A stretch of 64,000 nt of DNA from Octopus bimaculoides (GCF_001194135.2 NC_068986.1:29791758-29855757); one strand, 5' to 3'. Shown: positions 13,058-26,087, numbered from the stretch's first letter. Notes: generated by a model from the sequence alone, not told the origin. Program-made: numbers and translations.

Positions 13058-13170
13058 CATCATCATCATCATCATCATCGTTTAACGTCCGCTTTCCATG
13101 CTAGCATGGGTTGGACGATTTGACTGAGGACTGGTGAAACCAGATGGCAACACCAGGCTCCAGTCTGATT
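13058..13170 (-). mobile_element. Family D retroelement 3' end
   Basis: Same tail and 3' sequence with the shortest truncation. Older or shorter family D pieces at about 12190-12303 (+), 21770-21902 (+), 23262-23304 (+), 25255-25340 (-) and 47810-47904 (+). Confidence 0.8.
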
Positions 13171-13799
13171 CCATGTTATGTAATATTACCTGATATATTC
13201 TCGCAGGCAACTTCCTACTCGTTTAGCAACCAGTTAGAAAGCCATTTTATTTTAAAATGGTTCAATCGTTTTCTTTGTTTATTATATTTTATTTTTTAAT
13301 TTTTTTTCCATCGTCTTTAATCAATGAATTTTTTTTTAATATAATAAATAAATAAAAATCTAAATTAAATTTACCCTTATATTGTTCAATTATTCCACTT
13401 AATTAGTTATACCATAATTGAAAAAAATAAAAACCAACAAAAACAATGAAAGGAAAAAAAATATCACTTTCAAATGTATTTATAATGAAGAAAGAAAAAG
13501 AAAGGGGGGGGAAAAATCTAAGCAGCTATTGATTTATAAAATTATAAAAGCTGGCAATTAATACACTTTTAATGGAAGCTAAATAGATAACTATTGTAGA
13601 TATTTTGCTTTGGTTTTTAGCCTTTACTAAAAGATGACATACTTTATGAAATTAGAGAATGCATGTGAATGGCAGTCCACATATCTAGTGGAGCACTTCA
13701 TATTGTTTGGTTAGCTCAGCCAGGCCATGACCACTGGCATTCCTACTGGGACTATCCCATCTAATTTATGAAACATTGTGTCCATTTTTTCTTCTTCTT

Positions 13800-14000
13800 T
13801 TAACCCGTTAGTATTTAAACTGACTTCATCTGGCCCAATATTCTACCTGTTTTATGTTCAAAATGGCTGGATCCAGCTTCTTATACCTACCCTACAATGT
13901 CATTCTAAAAAATAAACAACCACACCAAAACCTCAAAGCTACAAGACAATGCATGATTAATTCAAAGCCATGTGAATAAGTGACCATTACAATAAATGAC
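13800..14000 (-). mobile_element. Family E MITE (degraded)
   Basis: TTAACCCGTTAGTATTTAAACTG...CCTACCCTACAATGTCATTCTAAAA... Confidence 0.68.
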
Positions 14001-14004
14001 TGAG

Positions 14005-14230
14005 AGGTGGGGCACATAGCTTAGTGGTTAGGGTGCTGGACTCATGATTCTAAGATTGTGGTTTCAATTCCTGGACCAGATGATGGGTTATGTTCTTGTG
14101 CAAATCACTCCATTTCTCACTGTTCCAGTCCACTCAGATGGTGAAAATGATTCATCCCGTTCCTGTGTTGGCCTGGCGTCCCATCCAGGAAACCGGTCCT
14201 TAGCTCCTTATGGACTTATGATGTGGACTA
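14005..14230 (+). mobile_element. tRNA-headed SINE, family G (head related to family C, different body)
   Basis: GGGGCACATAGCTTAGTGGTTAGGGTGCTGGACTCATGATTCTAAGATTGTGGTTTCAATTCCTGG head and a GGCCTGGCGTCCCATCCAGG block. Second copy at 54628-54843. Confidence 0.75.
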
Positions 14231-14533
14231 GCTCCATATTTGACAGTAGACTGAATACTAATGGGTTAGGACCATAGAGTGTATATTCAAGGGAGATTTG
14301 GCTGCTATTTCTAGCACGATGATCGACTACATAGAGGCTCCATCAATGGCTCCCTAACACATTTTATATGTTGAATGTGTCACAGTAAAAACAAAAAGTT
14401 TAATGTGTGTATATGCCTAGGAATTATTTTATATTGTTGCTGACAATAATGAAATTTTTACAGTCTTCTGACCTTTGTTTTCTTAGCCCATTCCTTGCTA
14501 TATTGTTAACTAGCTTTTCAATGTGTTATATTA

Positions 14534-14576
<43 letters not shown>

Positions 14577-14930
14577 CTTGCATATCATACTAAAATAGTT
14601 TTGTGAGTTCTAAAGATATCCTGATTTCCAGAAGTTGCCTTTATCTCTACATATTTCATAGACATTCACAGGAAATCTTGTTGGTTAGCCTCAGGTCAAG
14701 CAAACCAAACTCGGTACCTCGATGACTGTCTTATCCAAAGTGTCCTCTCTACACCCATTTTGATTTTTGTGATTTGAAGGAGATTGGGCTGTTATTTTTA
14801 GCAGATTGACTAATGGCATAGATGCTCGTTTGTTAGCTGTTTTTTTGGCTAAAGTATTTTGTGACAGCAGAAAATGCCTGGCTGTAGATGCAAACTTGAT
14901 TTTGTTCGCAAACATTTGTATGTGTGTGTG

Positions 14931-14977
<47 letters not shown>

Positions 14978-15088
14978 TTGCTTGTGTGTGTGTGTGTATA
15001 CATGCATCCACATACACAAATTAAAGATGAACAGCAAAATAAAATCTAGTAATGATTTTATTAATGTTGCAACAGTTTACAGAACATT

Positions 15089-15128
<40 letters not shown>

Positions 15129-15640
15129 NNNNNNNNNNNNNNNNNNNNNNNNNNNNNNNNNNNNNNNNNNNNNNNNNNNNNNNNNNNNNNNNNNNNNNNN
15201 NNNNNNNNNNNNNNNNNNNNNNNNNNNNNNNNNNNNNNNNNNNNNNNNNNNNNNNNNNNNNNNNNNNNNNNNNNNNNNNNNNNNNNNNNNNNNNNNNNNN
15301 NNNNNNNNNNNNNNNNNNNNNNNNNNNNNNNNNTATATATATATATATGTATATCCTATTATTACTGGCCTAATTTTAGGGAGAAACATATTGATTTTAT
15401 TTATTTTATAGTTTCAAGTCTGCTGAATAATTAAATTTGATATTTTATGTATTGTAAAGCATTGTATTGTCGAGTCCCCAAGGAGTGCCTGTGTTATCAT
15501 CATAGCAATGCTAAGCAACCTCTCCCCTTAGAGACTATCCAGAAACTCTGGTCTCTTCATTGCTAGCTTTTTCAAAGCTGTAGGCTATATATTTACTCTT
15601 TTCTATTTCTCCCTCTTTCCATTTATTTATTGTCTTAGAT

Positions 15641-16319
15641 CAGTGGTTCTCTCTCAACTGGGGTCTGTATGTCCCCTGAGGGTCCATATATTTTTGTGAT
15701 GGTGGGGTTCCACACCACAAAATAGTAAATTGGGGATCCACAGTATTTTCAGGGCTCCTGAAAAAATTTTGCTTTAGATGTATGTATTGGTATGTATTGC
15801 AAGAAATCGGTTTCTTTCTCTGACATTTTACATAGGCGCAGGAGTGGCTGTGTTGTAAGTAGCATGCTTACCAACCACAAGGTTCGGGGTTCAGTCCCAT
15901 TGCGTGGCACCTTGGGCAAGTGCCTTCTACTATAACCTCAGGCCAACCAAAGCCTTGTGAGTGGATTTGGTAGACGGAAACTGAAAGAAGCCTGTCATAT
16001 ATATATATATGTATATATATATATGTGTGTGTGTTTATGTCCCTGTAACTTAGCAGTTTGGCAAAAGAGACCGATAGAATAAGTACTAGGCTTACAAAGA
16101 ATAAGTCCCGGGGTCGATTTGCTCGACTAAAGGTGGTGCTCCAGCATGGCCGCAGTCAAATGACTGAAACAAGTAATAGAGTAAAGCTCCAGCTACATGA
16201 GTTTAATGTGTGAAAAGCAAAATAGGAATTTTGAAAAAAGTTTCTATAAAACTAATTTTTAAACATCAAATGGCTTTGGGGTTCCACCAGAATAAAATAG
16301 TAATCAAAGGGGTCTATAG

Positions 16320-16363
<44 letters not shown>

Positions 16364-16379
16364 TGGTTAAAGACCCCTG
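15641..16379 (+). mobile_element. hAT (Charlie-like) non-autonomous element/MITE interrupted by a SINE
   Basis: Starts CAGTGGTTCTC..AAC and ends GGTTAAAGACCCCTG. 8-bp TSD: TCTTAGAT (15633-15640) and TCCTAGAT (16380-16387). No ORF. Confidence 0.75.
15835..16186 (+). mobile_element. Family B SINE nested in the hAT-like element
   Basis: Full head-core-(TA)n-tail structure, aligning with 5354-5740. Confidence 0.9.
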
Positions 16380-16781
16380 TCCTAGATGAAATATTTCAAC
16401 ACTTTCTTTAGCTTTGACATAACACTTCATTTGAACTCTTACTTTTGCTAACTATTTTCCCTGTATTTTTTAATGTCTTCTCATAAAGCCCATCCCTTTT
16501 TATATCTTTTTCTTGGATTTTTTTTTTGTTTTGTTCTTTTCCCTATTAAGTACAGTCATTTAAGAAGCTTTATTTTTACAACAGTTTAGTTATTTTAGGA
16601 TGCTATATTCTGTTTCCACTTGATATTTTTTGTGTATTACATTGGGAAATCTCCTCTTAACATCAAGTAGCTCTTCCATAACTTTTTTTTTTCAGAATTA
16701 CATGACGCACATATATTATAATAGTTTTTTTTATGTATTTGTAATATTATACATAAATCTTCCCACACACAATTCTCTCTT

Positions 16782-16963
<182 letters not shown>

Positions 16964-18531
16964 CTTTCCTCACTTCTTTAAATTCAAATTGACTTGTATA
17001 TTGTCAATAAATCCTATATTTAACCAGTTTTAGTGCAAGCATATTTGTGTTAGTAAACCTGCAGAAATGTCTAGTAAATAAAAAAACCTATAATGTTTGA
17101 ATGAACTTTTTTCTCTTTGAAGTTTAAACCTTGGGATAATCCTGTGTTTGATCTATAAGGGTGTGGGCATACATAGTAAGCCCATAAAATTTTTTTTGGA
17201 CAACCACTAAGTGACCTGGCAGTGTGCAACTTGGTATATGTGTCTTGCTGTGTGCACAATTTAAAAAAAACACAACAAATTTGCAGAAACAAATGAACAT
17301 TGTGGAGTGAAGTGGATGGTTGAATATATGCGTCTGTATGTGTGAGATATACTTGTTAGTTGCTCCTTGAGTCAAATAACATGAGTATGTTTCTGTGATA
17401 TAAAACTTATACTTCCCTACCCTCAGCCACTTATTGGCCACTTGACAAATCAGAGAAGAGCATCTTATATATAATAGTCAGTCTAGTTTGTATTCTTGTG
17501 ATAGCAGCTCTTGAAAAAATTAAAATTCCTAATGTATATTGTACTTTCCGTTTTGCTGTTTTTGTGTTTTGTTTTTGTTTATTTCTCCCCTCCCTCTTTC
17601 TCTTCTGGTAATCTGTTAAGTAATTTCATTGTATGTGGTATTTTTTTTTTTTTTCCCCGTTTTCCTCCCTCTTAAAATCTGACAATCCAAGGCAGTGTGA
17701 TGAGGGCTATGGTGCTTTTAGTGGAAGTCTTTATTCATCCTGTTTCAAACTGATAACACTTTAATTTACAGATCCTGACAAACTGAAGTGTTTTGTTTTT
17801 AACCAGTTAGAGACTAATTTTTCTAGTCTTTTAAGCATTGTTCAGTATAATTGCTAATGCACCAACTCCCTCCACTACCATCATCATCATCATCATTGAA
17901 TGATATTAATTATATGTCAATTTGGCAAAAAGTCTTTCTCATACTTCTGCAGTTAGCTGATTAATAAAGTGAAGCAACTCTGAGTGTACCTCTTGCTATT
18001 CGAACAGAAAGGGTTTTTGTCTTGTTTCTTTTAAATCAATGAATATGAGCTCATTGGTTACTAGAGACTTAACTGCCATATGAGAAGTGGGCAAAGCAAT
18101 CAACAGATGGTGTGGAGTTGATAATAATATAAACTATGATAAACTAGTTATGGATCACTTGGAGATTGTGATTGGTCATGTTTCTTCATTCGGTATAATG
18201 TTAGACTCAGCATCATCATTTATTGTTCATGTTCATTGCTGGCTTGAGTAGGACAGTTTGACAGTTCAACGACTGCACCCTTCTCTGCTGGCTGCTTTTG
18301 CATGCTTTTTTTGCCAACACACTGTACAGTGTGTGCTGGGTGCTTGTTTTCATGGCACCAACACTAGTGAGGTCACCATACAGCTTGCAAGACTAAGATC
18401 CCTTTCAGCTGAGTGGGGCTATGGTAGAAGGGGAGGTGGCTTTATGCTAGATGTAAGCTATATGTATAAAAGAAGGGAGCATTTGAGTATCCTGTTTGTT
18501 CAACCATTTGGGCATTTTACTCATTGAACTA

Positions 18532-18647
18532 GCAAGTGGCTGAGTACTCCACAGACCCATGCACCCTTAATGTAATTTTCTAGTAGAATCAGTATGAACA
18601 CAAGTGCTACAGGGCTGGACTTGAATTAAAAGTACAGTTCATCTAAC
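18532..18647 (-). mobile_element. Degraded family C SINE fragment
   Basis: GCAAGTGGCTGAGTACTCCACAGACCCATGCACCCTTAATGT aligns to 55244-55340. Confidence 0.65.
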
Positions 18648-19134
18648 TAGCTTTTATATAGTTTCTGTCTATCTAAATTCACTGTCGGGGATTGAACCGA
18701 TCTGAAGCTATGTTAAACGCCTTTGCTCAAGGTGCCATTGCTAAGATCACTTCCTAGCTGTGTGCTTTTGGTTTCAGCCCCAAAAAGCACCTTGGGCAAG
18801 TGTCTTCTATTATAGCCTTATAAATGGGTTCGGTAGCAACTGAAAGAAACTTGTTACATACACACGTCTGTCTGTCTGCATATCTACTTGTGTGAGTGAG
18901 TTCATATTCCCATCGTCTTTTCGTGGGTTTTCTCGCTGGTTGTAACCAACGGCATCCCTGACAATGTCATTTGTTTTCAGTTCTTTGTGTAAAACATGTC
19001 TAGACAGTTTTGTTCACTGAATTGGGAGATACCATGCTTTGAAAAATGTGGAGGCTGCCAACAGGATGGATATCTGCCCATAGAAAATGCTGTCCTAATA
19101 AGCTTTCATGCAACCCAAGCCATAATGGAAAAGT

Positions 19135-19211
<77 letters not shown>

Positions 19212-19369
19212 TAGAGAAAAATTACATCTTTATTATAGATCTGACCTTATAAAGCCAACAGTTGTTTCTATTGCATTAACATATACAGAAAATATTAAAA
19301 TTAATATTCCTGAAAAAATGTTACCATGTTATCAAGGCAATCCAAAATTAATAAATAAATATATATATA

Positions 19370-20161
19370 TAGTGTGGTGAATATATTGTCTCCATTACAT
19401 AAAAATATTTTGGAATACTAAAGAGTAAATTTATTCAATAAAATCACCATTGGCTTCAACCACAGCCTCCAGACGACTTCGGAATCTCCTGCAATTCTTC
19501 TGGATCGTTTCTTTGTTTAAGTTGGTGAGTGTTGCCATAATCCTTGCCTTCAGTTCATCTTTGGTGCTAAAGGGAGTTTTGTTGGTCTCTCACTCAACTG
19601 TGTGCCACACATAATAATCAAGGGGGTTGCAGTCTGGGGAGTTGAGTGGCCAAATTTAGAGGTGATGTGGTTGCAGAAATTGTTTGACAGCCATGACTGG
19701 GTTCGCCTGCATGTGTGGCATGGTGCAGTCCTGTTGCCAGACATGGGGTTTTCCAGTAGCCGCCGCTCTTGACACGGGACAGCACTACCTCCTCCAGGCA
19801 CTTAATGTAGGCTTTCTCTGTGTTGTGTCTAAGGCCATGTGGGAAGATGAATGGAGGCATAACGTCGCCATCACTAGTGATCACACCGAACACCATGATG
19901 CTGACTGAATGTTTGATTTTTATCACTCTCAGTAGATGCCCTCAGATAGACACCCAAACACATGTTCGTATTGGAGTTTCCAGCAGTACAGTATGTCTTT
20001 TCCAAATTTCTGGCAGAGTGAATTGCATCATGGTGCTGTTTTTCTCACAGATGATACCCAACAGGCCCTACTATATTGTGTAGTCAACAAAATCAAAAAA
20101 CAAACAATGCGCATGCACAAAATTAAAAACATAAAATGGCAATAATTTACCCATTGCACCC

Positions 20162-20163
<2 letters not shown>
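19370..20163 (-). mobile_element. Internally deleted, frameshifted IS630/Tc1/mariner DNA transposon, DD37D (maT-like)
   Basis: The minus strand gives IKIKHSVSIMVFGVITSDGDVMPPFIFPHGL...VWQQD(S)APCHTCRRTQSWLS...WPLNSPDCNPLDYYVW...ARIMATL...RRFRSRLEAVVEANGDFIE* across small frameshifts, with the stop at 19431-19433. After repairing the frameshifts, 37 residues separate the 2nd and 3rd Asp. The N-terminal start MMQFTLPEIWKRH begins at 20031. Degenerate inverted ends: CAGGGTGCAATGGGTAAATTATTGCCATT versus TAGTGTGGTGAATATATTGTCTCCATT. Confidence 0.88.
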
Positions 20164-20193
<30 letters not shown>

Positions 20194-21309
20194 CATATAT
20201 ATATAATGTTTCATATGATGATAGCTATTTACCAAACAGTATCACCTTAGATTTTCCAATTAATACATACTCGATCAAGGGGCACAAAAACAATAAGAAT
20301 CTGCACTATTCTAGATAAGCAAACCAAATCAAATAAGGCAGTGACATAAGCAAACATCTCAACAAGAATGAAGCTCATTCAATATAACCAGCAGGGCTGG
20401 CTCCCCCCCTCCATATGCTATCAATTGGATATCGACATGATATCTTACAATAGCATCACTACTTCAAGTAGGATCGAATGTCATTATGATTTCACACACA
20501 CACACACACACATCACACACACACACACACACACACACATTGTTTGTTGGGTTAACACTAGTTTTCTTTGTATTTGATTACATTAATAAAGCGTTCTGTG
20601 TAGTTATTAACCTTATATTACATATCAAAGTACTATGTGTAATATTTCTGTTATTGCTTATAAAGTGTATCGTTGACTTTGTTTGACATTTGGTTAGGCT
20701 GCAAGACCTTAATCATTTTACTACAGATCGGCACAGCCAATGTTTTCCTTTTTCCTCATTATATTGCTAGGTTAACTTAATTGCTTCTATACTCCAGGAT
20801 ATTACTGCTACTTAACAGTTACTGACTTGTTTGTGACTCATTTTCCCATACTAGTTTGTCTAAATTTTCAAAATCACATTACCACCATTTATGTTCTACT
20901 GGCATCGTTTTTACCTAATTCATGTGTTCTTACATATAAGTATGAATAGGAACCTGTTAACAGGTTGTTGAGAAAAGTATGTCCATATGAACTATTCATC
21001 ACCCATCAATAGCTAAAATAAGACTTGAACCATTGACAGTGGTTCACAGTGGTCTAGCTAATTTGCTTTATGTGCATAATTTTACTGATTTGTCATTGGA
21101 CCGTGGCCATGCTGAGGTACCACCTTCATGGAGGGTATAATTGATAATTTGGAACCTTTGTTCTTACTTTACCAATCCTTAGAAGCACAAATGTCCAAGT
21201 TAACCTCCTAGTATATGAACTCAAAACATAAGGCTATAACCAAAAATATATTTTGTCCAAACATCTACTGATAATACTTTCTTTGCCACACAGACGCACA
21301 TGTGCGCCT

Positions 21310-21341
<32 letters not shown>

Positions 21342-22015
21342 ACTAAATAGCTACACATCTGTATATACAATTATTCCTCCTCACCTTAATGTCTGCACAA
21401 ACATTGCCTGATGAACAGAAAAGAGGAAACCGAGTCCTGGATTGTTAGATTTCATCTCTAAATATTTCTCACATCTGCGCACATTCACTGCAGGCTACAC
21501 CCTGGCACCTCATCTCCACTAGCCTTTTTCTCTTTCCTGCTTGAGTTCCTATGTACCTCCTCCATAACAAAAACACCTGTTCCTGGCCTGCTTTTATACT
21601 TTCGCCTTTCTAAACCCAGCACAACACCGCCTCCCTCAATACTGCACTCTCACACTGTGAATGGGGCTTGTCTTGCATGATACTAGGTGGCGCCACCAGT
21701 ACTAGTGCTACAAACATGAAAAAGAAAAAAAAAGCACCTATTGCACTTTGTAAATAGGTTGACATTAGGATGGCCATTTGGCTTTGGAAACCTTGCCAAA
21801 GCAGACAATGGAGACCAACGTTGCCCTCATGCTAGTTGAATCTTGTCAAACCACTCTAACTCATGCCAGCATGGAAAACGGATGTCAAAACAATGGTGAT
21901 GGCATGAAGATGGGTGAGTCCAAAACATGTTCGGCACATTGTTATATCCTCCACTTAATGTTACCAGCTGGTCATTAAAGCTCCATCCCAAAGTGGCCAC
22001 AATAAGCAGTTTCCA

Positions 22016-22018
<3 letters not shown>

Positions 22019-22053
<35 letters not shown>

Positions 22054-22117
22054 GTATGTATGTATGTATGTATGTATGTATGTATGTATGAATATGTATG
22101 TATGTATGTATGTATGA

Positions 22118-22150
<33 letters not shown>

Positions 22151-22196
22151 TGTGTACGTATATATATATATGAATGTATATGTATATATGTGTGTG

Positions 22197-22231
<35 letters not shown>
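22019..22231. repeat. Compound (TA)n/(TGTA)n microsatellite
   Basis: Directly visible. Other (TA)n/(CA)n tracts at 1772-1802, 14920-14975, 19136-19207, 23190-23345, 39897-39941, 54525-54623, 54850-54913 and 55790-55870. Confidence 0.95.
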
Positions 22232-22233
<2 letters not shown>

Positions 22234-22611
22234 TTTATCTTGTTTTAGTCATTAGACTGGCCATGCTGGAGTACCACTTTGAAAAGTTTTTAGTCAAATA
22301 GATCGACCCCCCCNNNNNNNNNNCCCCCCCCCCCGACCTTTCTTTTCCCTTTTTTAAGCCTGCTACTTATTCTATTGGTCTCTTTTATCGAACCACTAAG
22401 TTACAGAAATGTCAAGCAGTGGTTAGGGAGAAAGCCACAGGCACACACACAACAGGTTTCTTTTAGTTTGTCTACCTAATCCACTCCCAAGGCTTTGATC
22501 AGCCCAAGGCTATAGTAGGAGACACTAGTCCAAGCTTCCACACAATGAAAAACCTAACCCTGGGATCATGTGATTAGGAAACAAATTTCTTACAACACAG
22601 TCATACCTGCA

Positions 22612-22612
<1 letters not shown>
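22232..22612 (-). mobile_element. Family B SINE (degraded, spans a 10-N gap)
   Basis: Tail AGTCATTAGACTGGCCATGCTGGAGTACCAC and core CAAGGCTTTGATCAGCCCAAGGCTATAGTAGGAGACAC in reverse orientation. Confidence 0.75.
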
Positions 22613-22648
<36 letters not shown>

Positions 22649-22930
22649 GATGTTATAATTCTGGAGTGAATGGTATATGACAGTACAAGAGATGTGGCAC
22701 AAAGCCAACAATTATGACGGGTCAATGATTTCATTTTAAATGGCAACATAAAAGTTTTGATGCATTTATATAATGTGTCCACTTCAATTACAGAGAGCAG
22801 ATGAACAACCAGAATACAACTTATTACTTAAGGGTTCTGAAATAAGAGTTGTAGTCACTTCTCACATTATAATGTGTTGTAGTCATTTATACTCTCTCTC
22901 TCTCTCTCTCTCTTATTTATACTCTACATT

Positions 22931-22968
<38 letters not shown>

Positions 22969-23205
22969 CTTGTGTTAATACACATCTTTGCACAAGTAGA
23001 GCTATACACACACAGAAATTTTTTTTTTGTATCTGTATACATGCACACATGCAAATATGAATGCAGAAGCAAACACATGCATATGCAAATACATACACAA
23101 GCAAACACACACATACACACGGATGTGCAAATATGTACACAAGCACGCATACAAGTATATGCATAAGTAAATTTAGAGACACATGCACATATATATATAT
23201 ATATA

Positions 23206-23261
<56 letters not shown>

Positions 23262-23370
23262 GCTAGCATGGAAAGCGGACGTTAAACGACGATGATGATG
23301 ATGAGATATATATATATATATATATATACATACATACATACATACATACAAAAATCAAAGTGTGGTGAAT

Positions 23371-24213
23371 NNNNNNNNNNNNNNNNNNNNNNNNNNNNNN
23401 NNNNNNNNNNNNNNNNNNNNNNNNNNNNNNNNNNNNNNNNNNNNNNNNNNNNNNNNNNNNNNNNNNNNNNNNNNNNNNNNNNNNNNNNNNNNNNNNNNNN
23501 NNNNNNNNNNNNNNNNNNNNNNNNNNNNNNNNNNNNNNNNNNNNNNNNNNNNNNNNNNNNNNNNNNNNNNNNNNNNNNNNNNNNNNNNNNNNNNNNNNNN
23601 NNNNNNNNNNNNNNNNNNNNNNNNNNNNNNNNNNNNNNNNNNNNNNNNNNNNNNNNNNNNNNNNNNNNNNNNNNNNNNNNNNNNNNNNNNNNNNNNNNNN
23701 NNNNNNNNNNNNNNNNNNNNNNNNNNNNNNNNNNNNNNNNNNNNNNNNNNNNNNNNNNNNNNNNNNNNNNNNNNNNNNNNNNNNNNNNNNNNNNNNNNNN
23801 NNNNNNNNNNNNNNNNNNNNNNNNNNNNNNNNNNNNNNNNNNNNNNNNNNNNNNNNNNNNNNNNNNNNNNNNNNNNNNNNNNNNNNNNNNNNNNNNNNNN
23901 NNNNNNNNNNNNNNNNNNNNNNNNNNNNNNNNNNNNNNNNNNNNNNNNNNNNNNNNNNNNNNNNNNNNNNNNNNNNNNNNNNNNNNNNNNNNNNNNNNNN
24001 NNNNNNNNNNNNNNNNNNNNNNNNNNNNNNNNNNNNNNNNNNNNNNNNNNNNNNNNNNNNNNNNNNNNNNNNNNNNNNNNNNNNNNNNNNNNNNNNNNNN
24101 NNNNNNNNNNNNNNNNNNNNNNNNNNNNNNNNNNNNNNNNNNNNNNNNNNNNNNNNNNNNNNNNNNNNNNNNNNNNNNNNNNNNNNNNNNNNNNNNNNNN
24201 NNNNNNNNNNNNN
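23371..24213. other. Assembly gap (largest of 12)
   Basis: N runs at 663-672, 15129-15333, 22314-22323, 23371-24213, 25660-26087, 30942-31456, 34939-35479, 38577-38733, 42286-42380, 47150-47549, 52517-52962 and 62663-62853, mostly adjacent to microsatellites or SINEs. Confidence 0.99.
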
Positions 24214-24449
24214 ATTTTATTTGTTTTCATTTAGCTAAAATGTTTCTCTCTGCAAATAGTTCTTGCCAATCTTAAATGTTGGTCGGTTTGGTGTTTTAAT
24301 ATAATTATTTTTAAACACACACACACGCAAAAACTAAATGCATAGAATGTATTTTAATAAAACCTCACCCCCTCCCTTTTTTTTTTTCTCTCTTTTGCAA
24401 ATTTTCACATTCGATACCTTGCGAAAATAAAAAATTTTTTTTTTACATA

Positions 24450-24568
24450 CAAAGTCTGGGTACGTGGAGTAAATAAAATCATATCATAAACAATTGAATA
24501 TAAGAAATAATAGTTTCTTAAAGTATGTGTTAATCCCCATGTACCCAGAATTTGTGGACACCCTGTAT
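24450..24568. mobile_element. Terminal fragment of a Tc1/mariner element
   Basis: Ends TTTGTGGACACCCTG-TA, the reverse complement of TA-CAGGGTGTCC typical of Tc1/mariner TIRs. Confidence 0.4.
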
Positions 24569-24982
24569 ACACTTCTTTTGTATAACTTTCCTATTTTAAA
24601 GTAACTTTAAATACTATGTAACTTAAACAATTTTGATGTGTGTGTGTTTTTGATTATGATAAAATTGTTTTTATTTATAACACTAAATTATTCATATCAT
24701 TAAAAAGCAAAATTATTTGTATTTTCAAATTAAGTAGACCTGTAACACATACTTAATAAGTTGTTGCTTGCAGTCTATGATAAGATTTGAACTATGGGCC
24801 TTGAGCACTGTGGAACCTTTGTAAATTAGTATACAGAAAAGGATGAAAAGCTTTGTGATGGTTTATGGTATCAGAATAAAGGGATTATCTGGGTAGGGAT
24901 TATCTACTGAAATAAGTGAGTTCTTTAGATTTATGTAATTTGTCAGAAATGAAATAAATTATTTATTATCATCATCATCATC

Positions 24983-25170
24983 AAAGGTAGTGAACTGGCA
25001 GAATCACTGGCCTGCCAGACAAAATGCATAGCAACATATCATTCAGCATTATGTTTTGAGTTCAAATTCTGCCAAGGTCAATTTTGCCTTTTATACTTTC
25101 GGGGTCGATAAAATAACATATAATCTAATATCTCCACTCCCCTCAAAATTGCTGGTCTTAATTAGACACC
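24983..25170 (+). mobile_element. Family A SINE (degraded)
   Basis: GAACTGGCAGAATC...GAGTTCAAATTCTGCCAAGGTCAATTTTGCC...GGGGTCGATAAAATAA. More degraded copies at about 27705-27825 (-), 33965-34090 (+) and 45950-46085 (+). Confidence 0.75.
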
Positions 25171-26087
25171 ATTATTATTATTATTTTGTCAGCTTGGACT
25201 TCAAATAGTCATAGGGCAAACCTACATTTCTACACAGGAATAACATGCCAGAAGTCATCATTTAATGTCCATTTTCCATGCTGGCATGGGTTAGACAGTT
25301 TGACTGGAACTGGTGAGCCGGAGAGCTGCTCCAGGTTTCAGTGTAAGAGAATATATCAGTAACATTAAAATCCCACAGTTGAACTGCAAATGTTTTATTA
25401 GTGAAATAGTGGGTGGGGTGGGGGGACTAAGAATTTTACTAGACTCAGTTGCTTTTTGGTACATTTTTAAATGTTTAAAAGTTTTTTTTTTTTTTTCTGA
25501 TGTAACATGTAAAGTTTTTTGACATCAACTTTTGACTGTTTTTTTTTATCTACCTTGTAGCACACATACAATGAATAGATAAACTGTTATATTATGTAGT
25601 ACCAGGCAAAGTAGGTAGATAAAACAATGATAGATGAGATAAAGAGTTCTCAAGTTGGANNNNNNNNNNNNNNNNNNNNNNNNNNNNNNNNNNNNNNNNN
25701 NNNNNNNNNNNNNNNNNNNNNNNNNNNNNNNNNNNNNNNNNNNNNNNNNNNNNNNNNNNNNNNNNNNNNNNNNNNNNNNNNNNNNNNNNNNNNNNNNNNN
25801 NNNNNNNNNNNNNNNNNNNNNNNNNNNNNNNNNNNNNNNNNNNNNNNNNNNNNNNNNNNNNNNNNNNNNNNNNNNNNNNNNNNNNNNNNNNNNNNNNNNN
25901 NNNNNNNNNNNNNNNNNNNNNNNNNNNNNNNNNNNNNNNNNNNNNNNNNNNNNNNNNNNNNNNNNNNNNNNNNNNNNNNNNNNNNNNNNNNNNNNNNNNN
26001 NNNNNNNNNNNNNNNNNNNNNNNNNNNNNNNNNNNNNNNNNNNNNNNNNNNNNNNNNNNNNNNNNNNNNNNNNNNNNNNNNNNNNNN

